Source: Nitrospinota bacterium
GTDB taxonomy: Bacteria; UBA8248
NCBI GenBank assembly: GCA_030754595.1
Contig: JASLZZ010000062.1
Coordinates: forward strand, 1 to 39,716
Length of the DNA stretch: 39,716 bases
Reading direction: 5' to 3'
In this document: positions 36,125-39,716 of the stretch, one piece after another
Layout: every line of letters begins with the position of its first letter
How positions within the stretch are numbered: the stretch's first letter is position 1
The notes under the pieces: model-generated
The model's database searches: none
Told to the model about the DNA's origin: nothing
Seen by the model: only the letters and a program-made list of their open reading frames with translations
Made by a program: the position numbers and the translations under genes

Positions 36125-37193
36125 TCCTGCCTTTAAGCGGACCGCGATATTTCGCACCGAGGCCTCTCCGGAAATCGGGGGAGGACATCTGATTCGGTGC
36201 CTATCTCTCGCGGACGGTCTTTCGAAGGAAGGGTGGAAATGTGTATTCGCGGCAACGGGAAAAACCCCGGACACCGTACCCGCGCTAAGTGACTCTGGCC
36301 ATACCATCCAAATTTTGAGCGGCCCCGCCGAGGATGAGCCGGCCGATATCGCTTCGAAATGGGGCGATGGATACGTCTTTCTCGTTGTTGACCATTACGG
36401 GCGCGATATAAATTTCGAAGGGGCATGCCGCTCCTGGGCGGATGGAATTCTTGTCATCGACGATTTGGCCAATCGGGCTCATGATTGTGATTTGCTATTG
36501 GATCAGACCTTGGGAAGAGTCCGGGAAGACTACGCTCCGAGCGTCAATCGAGAATGCCGGATGCTTCTGGGGCCTGATTACGCACTGCTTCGGGACCAGT
36601 TTCCGGCGGCCCGAAAAGAGGCGTTGTCCCGCCGCATGAAGGCCGGCGCCGTCCGGCGAATTCTAATTAGTCTCGGTGCGACCGACCTGGAGGACGTAAA
36701 TAGCCTGATTCTTCAGGGAGTTGCCCGATCGGGAGCGGACGCGGAGGTGGATGTAGTAATGGGTTCTCAATCCCCCAATCTGGCAAAAGTCAAAAAAATT
36801 GCCGAGGGGATGCCCCGAAAGGTGAGGGTTCTTACCGATGTGAGCGATATGGCCGCGCTTATGGCCTCGGCGGATCTATCGGTGGGCGCGGCCGGGGTTT
36901 CCACCTGGGAGCGATGTTGTCTCGGGCTCCCGTCGATTGTGATTATTCGGGCCGAAAGCCAACGTCTTCAAGGACACTTTGTAAAAAAGAACGGCTTGGG
37001 GATGGTCCTCGGATGGACCCATGAGGTTTCAGAAGTGGATATCTCGAGCGCCGTTACGCTGCTGGTGGAGAATTCCGATCGCCGCCAAGAAATCGGTAAT
37101 GCCGCTTCGGCCGCATGCGATGGCCGGGGGGTGAAGCGGACGGTCCGGGAAATCGATAAACTTGCCAGACCCAAGAGTTTAAGTGTGGGATGA
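36117..37193 (+). CDS. pseG: UDP-2,4-diacetamido-2,4,6-trideoxy-beta-L-altropyranose hydrolase
   Basis: FRTEASPEIGGGHLIRCLSLA, VVDHY, IDDLANR.HDCD, GPDYALLR, LGATD, GAAG.STWERCCLGLP. No fused PseH domain. Confidence 0.9.
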   Translation: MSNPAFKRTAIFRTEASPEIGGGHLIRCLSLADGLSKEGWKCVFAATGKTPDTVPALSDSGHTIQILSGPAEDEPADIASKWGDGYVFLVVDHYGRDINFEGACRSWADGILVIDDLANRAHDCDLLLDQTLGRVREDYAPSVNRECRMLLGPDYALLRDQFPAARKEALSRRMKAGAVRRILISLGATDLEDVNSLILQGVARSGADAEVDVVMGSQSPNLAKVKKIAEGMPRKVRVLTDVSDMAALMASADLSVGAAGVSTWERCCLGLPSIVIIRAESQRLQGHFVKKNGLGMVLGWTHEVSEVDISSAVTLLVENSDRRQEIGNAASAACDGRGVKRTVREIDKLARPKSLSVG

Positions 37194-37236
37194 AGAGGGA
37201 GCCGTCTAAAGGGCCCCGATAATCTCCGGTGACGCG

Positions 37237-38328
37237 ATGGAAGTGAAAGAAATTAAAATTGACGGACACCTCATAGGACCTTCTCATCCACCCTATATCG
37301 TGGCCGAGATGTCGGGAAATCATAATGGAGATATCGGCCGTGCGTTTCAGATTATGGAGGCGGCGAAGAAGGCCGGCGCTCATGCGGTCAAGATTCAAAC
37401 CTATACGGCCGATACGATAACTCTTGATCATGACGGCCCGGAATTCTTTATCGAAGGTGGGCTCTGGGACGGAAAAAAACTCTACGACCTTTACAAATGG
37501 GCACACACGCCGTGGGAGTGGCACGAAGCTCTTTTCGGGAAGGGAAAGGAGTTGGGTCTCGCGGTTTTCAGCACGCCTTTTGACGACACGGCAGTTGATT
37601 TTCTCGAAGACCTGAATTCGCCCGCATATAAAATAGCTTCATTCGAGGCAATTGATCTTCCTCTGATTGCCAAGGTTGCCGCAACGGGGAAGCCGATGAT
37701 CATCTCCACCGGAATGGCCACCTTCGATGAAATTTGCGAGGCCACGGAAACCGCGCGCGATAGCGGATGCGGTGGTTTGGTGCTCCTCCATTGCGTCAGC
37801 GGGTATCCGACATCGGTGGAGGACAGCAACCTGCGCACAATCCCCGATCTCGCCGAGAAATTCGGCGTCATAGCCGGGCTGTCGGACCACACCCTGGGCC
37901 CTGCCGTACCGGTGGCCGGTGTGGCCCAGGGCGCGTGTTTAATTGAAAAACACCTCACTCTCAAGAGGTCGGACGGTGGCCCGGACGCTGCATTTTCTTT
38001 GGAGCCGGAGGAGTTGGAAAAACTTTGTGGCGGGTGCGTTCAGGCGTGGGAGTCATTGGGCTGTGTGAATTACGATATTAAACTGAGCGAGGATCATAAT
38101 CAGATATTCAGGAGATCCATTTATGTGGTCGAGGATATTTCATCCGGAGAAGAGTTGACGACGAAAAATATTCGGTCGATTCGCCCGGGAAACGGTCTTC
38201 ATCCCAAGGAGCTTCCAAATGTCCTCGGCCGGCACGCGCTGAATAACATGAAACGGGGAACGGGATTGCAGTGGGAGGATATATCTTCTACCGGCGCCGA
38301 ATCCGGGGAAAGCCAAAAATCTGATTGA
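37237..38328 (+). CDS. pseI: Pseudaminic acid synthase
   Basis: AEMSGNHNG, KIQTYTADTIT, GLWDG..LYDLY..AHTPWEWH, YKIASFE, GLSDHT, GGPD.AFSLEP, FRRS, SAF domain. Confidence 0.93.
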   Translation: MEVKEIKIDGHLIGPSHPPYIVAEMSGNHNGDIGRAFQIMEAAKKAGAHAVKIQTYTADTITLDHDGPEFFIEGGLWDGKKLYDLYKWAHTPWEWHEALFGKGKELGLAVFSTPFDDTAVDFLEDLNSPAYKIASFEAIDLPLIAKVAATGKPMIISTGMATFDEICEATETARDSGCGGLVLLHCVSGYPTSVEDSNLRTIPDLAEKFGVIAGLSDHTLGPAVPVAGVAQGACLIEKHLTLKRSDGGPDAAFSLEPEELEKLCGGCVQAWESLGCVNYDIKLSEDHNQIFRRSIYVVEDISSGEELTTKNIRSIRPGNGLHPKELPNVLGRHALNNMKRGTGLQWEDISSTGAESGESQKSD

Positions 38329-38458
38329 ACTCTTCTTTGAGGAATCGATTGATAACAGTTGATGCCCTTCATCTGACACATGGTTCAATGAGTATTGTTT
38401 TTAATGAACGCCTAAACCGATTGCTAGTAGGAGCAGGTGGTTCTGAAAGGGGACATGG

Positions 38459-39511
38459 ATGAACGATTCCGAAAAACCTGGGCGCCTGGCGCTTCCCAAG
38501 TTCGTGGAAGAGAGACAAAAAGTCGCCGAAAAAGGCCAACTTTGGGATCGATATGCGGAGTCTATTAAAAATACCGTTTTAAGCGAAGCTCCTCCGGTTC
38601 CGAATTCCATGCTTGTTGAAGTAGCGAATATTTGTAATCACAAATGCGCTTTTTGCGCCTATCCGTTGATGACCCGGCCGAGTCAGGTCATTGACCCGAA
38701 ATTTTTCAAGAGTATCGCTATGCAAGCTTATGAACTCGGGGTGCGCGAGGTAGGTCTTCACGGAGGAAGCGAACCCTTGGCCTGCAAGCAGCTTGAGGGT
38801 CACATCGCTACGTGCCGGGACCTGGGTTTCAGTTACATATATTTTTCGACCAACGGTTCGCTGGGCGATGAAAAAAGGTTCAAGACCATAATGGATTCGG
38901 GCGTTCATTCGATTAAATTCTCGATCAACGGAGGGGACCGGGAAACCTACAAGGAAATCCATGGGCGGGATCATTTCGACAAAGCCCTCAATAATTTGGC
39001 GTTTATCAGTGGGTACCGAAAATCATGCCCACAAGAGATCATGTTGTCGGTGTCGTTTATCGAGGTTCCGGAGAATGCGGCCTCCCTGCCGGCGCTCCAA
39101 AAAGCGGTTTTGCATCTGGTCGACGAGATTTTCCATGTCTCGGCGAACAACCAGTCTGGCCAGATGCTCAATTTGCAGGTTTCGACACATCTTCCCGACA
39201 CCTGTCAGATTCCCTTTAATCAGATCAACATCACTCGGGAAGGATATCTCAGGGGGTGTTGCAACGATTATCAGAACGTGTTGGCCATGGTGGACCTCAA
39301 TGAAATTTCGCTTAAGGAAGCTTGGGCCGGGGGGCATTTCCGCTCGTTCCGCCGCCGCCATTTGGCCGGAGATCTGGTCGGTACGCTTTGCCACAATTGC
39401 ATTCATGGTGTAAACGAACCGGCTGCTCCGCTTCGCCCCGAACTCGGCGATTGGGGCATCCTCGGGGAAGACGACCGGAATATTATCCAGGTGGGCGTTC
39501 CGAAGTCATAA
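38459..39511 (+). CDS. Radical SAM protein with SPASM/twitch domain
   Basis: CNHKCAFC (CxxxCxxC), GSEPL, STNG; C-terminal CQIPF...GCC.D...CHNC; AAAGGGG RBS. Confidence 0.9.
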   Translation: MNDSEKPGRLALPKFVEERQKVAEKGQLWDRYAESIKNTVLSEAPPVPNSMLVEVANICNHKCAFCAYPLMTRPSQVIDPKFFKSIAMQAYELGVREVGLHGGSEPLACKQLEGHIATCRDLGFSYIYFSTNGSLGDEKRFKTIMDSGVHSIKFSINGGDRETYKEIHGRDHFDKALNNLAFISGYRKSCPQEIMLSVSFIEVPENAASLPALQKAVLHLVDEIFHVSANNQSGQMLNLQVSTHLPDTCQIPFNQINITREGYLRGCCNDYQNVLAMVDLNEISLKEAWAGGHFRSFRRRHLAGDLVGTLCHNCIHGVNEPAAPLRPELGDWGILGEDDRNIIQVGVPKS

Positions 39512-39716
39512 TAATCCACATTATGCGGCGGACCAGAGCAAAATGAGGCCGGAATCCTCGTAACCATATGATATGATTGGCCAAAATCGCCCGGGCGAGA
39601 GGATGTCAGATGCCCGGAGATGGTGGCAGCCAAAAAGAGGCCCTACGGCCCAACTTCGACCGCTCTATCATAATTGATTTCCGGGGCGCGAAGATAAGCT
39701 CCGACACGGGTTTTCT

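Overview
Bacterial genomic window with about 30 protein-coding genes. I saw no rRNA, tRNA, CRISPR array, transposase or integrase. It has three parts. (1) 0.3-3.7 kb: elyC, a small stand-alone CxxC...SHGICxxC protein behind a sigma-54-type promoter, a YhaM-like OB-HD nuclease and a degenerate HD-GYP gene. (2) 3.7-19.3 kb: a visibly GC-rich catabolic block with a Zn alcohol dehydrogenase, two xanthine-dehydrogenase-family Mo subunits that have no FAD or FeS partner genes, an atypical acyl-CoA dehydrogenase, a chimeric kinase pseudogene, a Liv-type ABC transporter and a ThDP decarboxylase. (3) 20-39.5 kb: a more AT-rich surface-glycan locus. It has a WecA-type transferase fused to a CapD-like N-terminus, an inserted isocitrate-lyase-family gene, a DegT aminotransferase, a GT4, a UpxY/NusG antiterminator and a MarR-like regulator behind a tandem palindromic operator, followed by a pseudaminic-acid-like operon. 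That operon has pseB, pseF-like, pseG and pseI but no pseC or pseH. In their place it carries an RmlD-like reductase, a carbamoyltransferase, a second divergent NeuB-type synthase, a HisH/HisF/WbuX amidination module, a methylase and a radical SAM/SPASM enzyme. This operon is the best candidate for an undescribed system, namely a pathway to a non-canonical, heavily decorated nonulosonic acid. All functional calls come from motif recognition by eye; no database searches were run.
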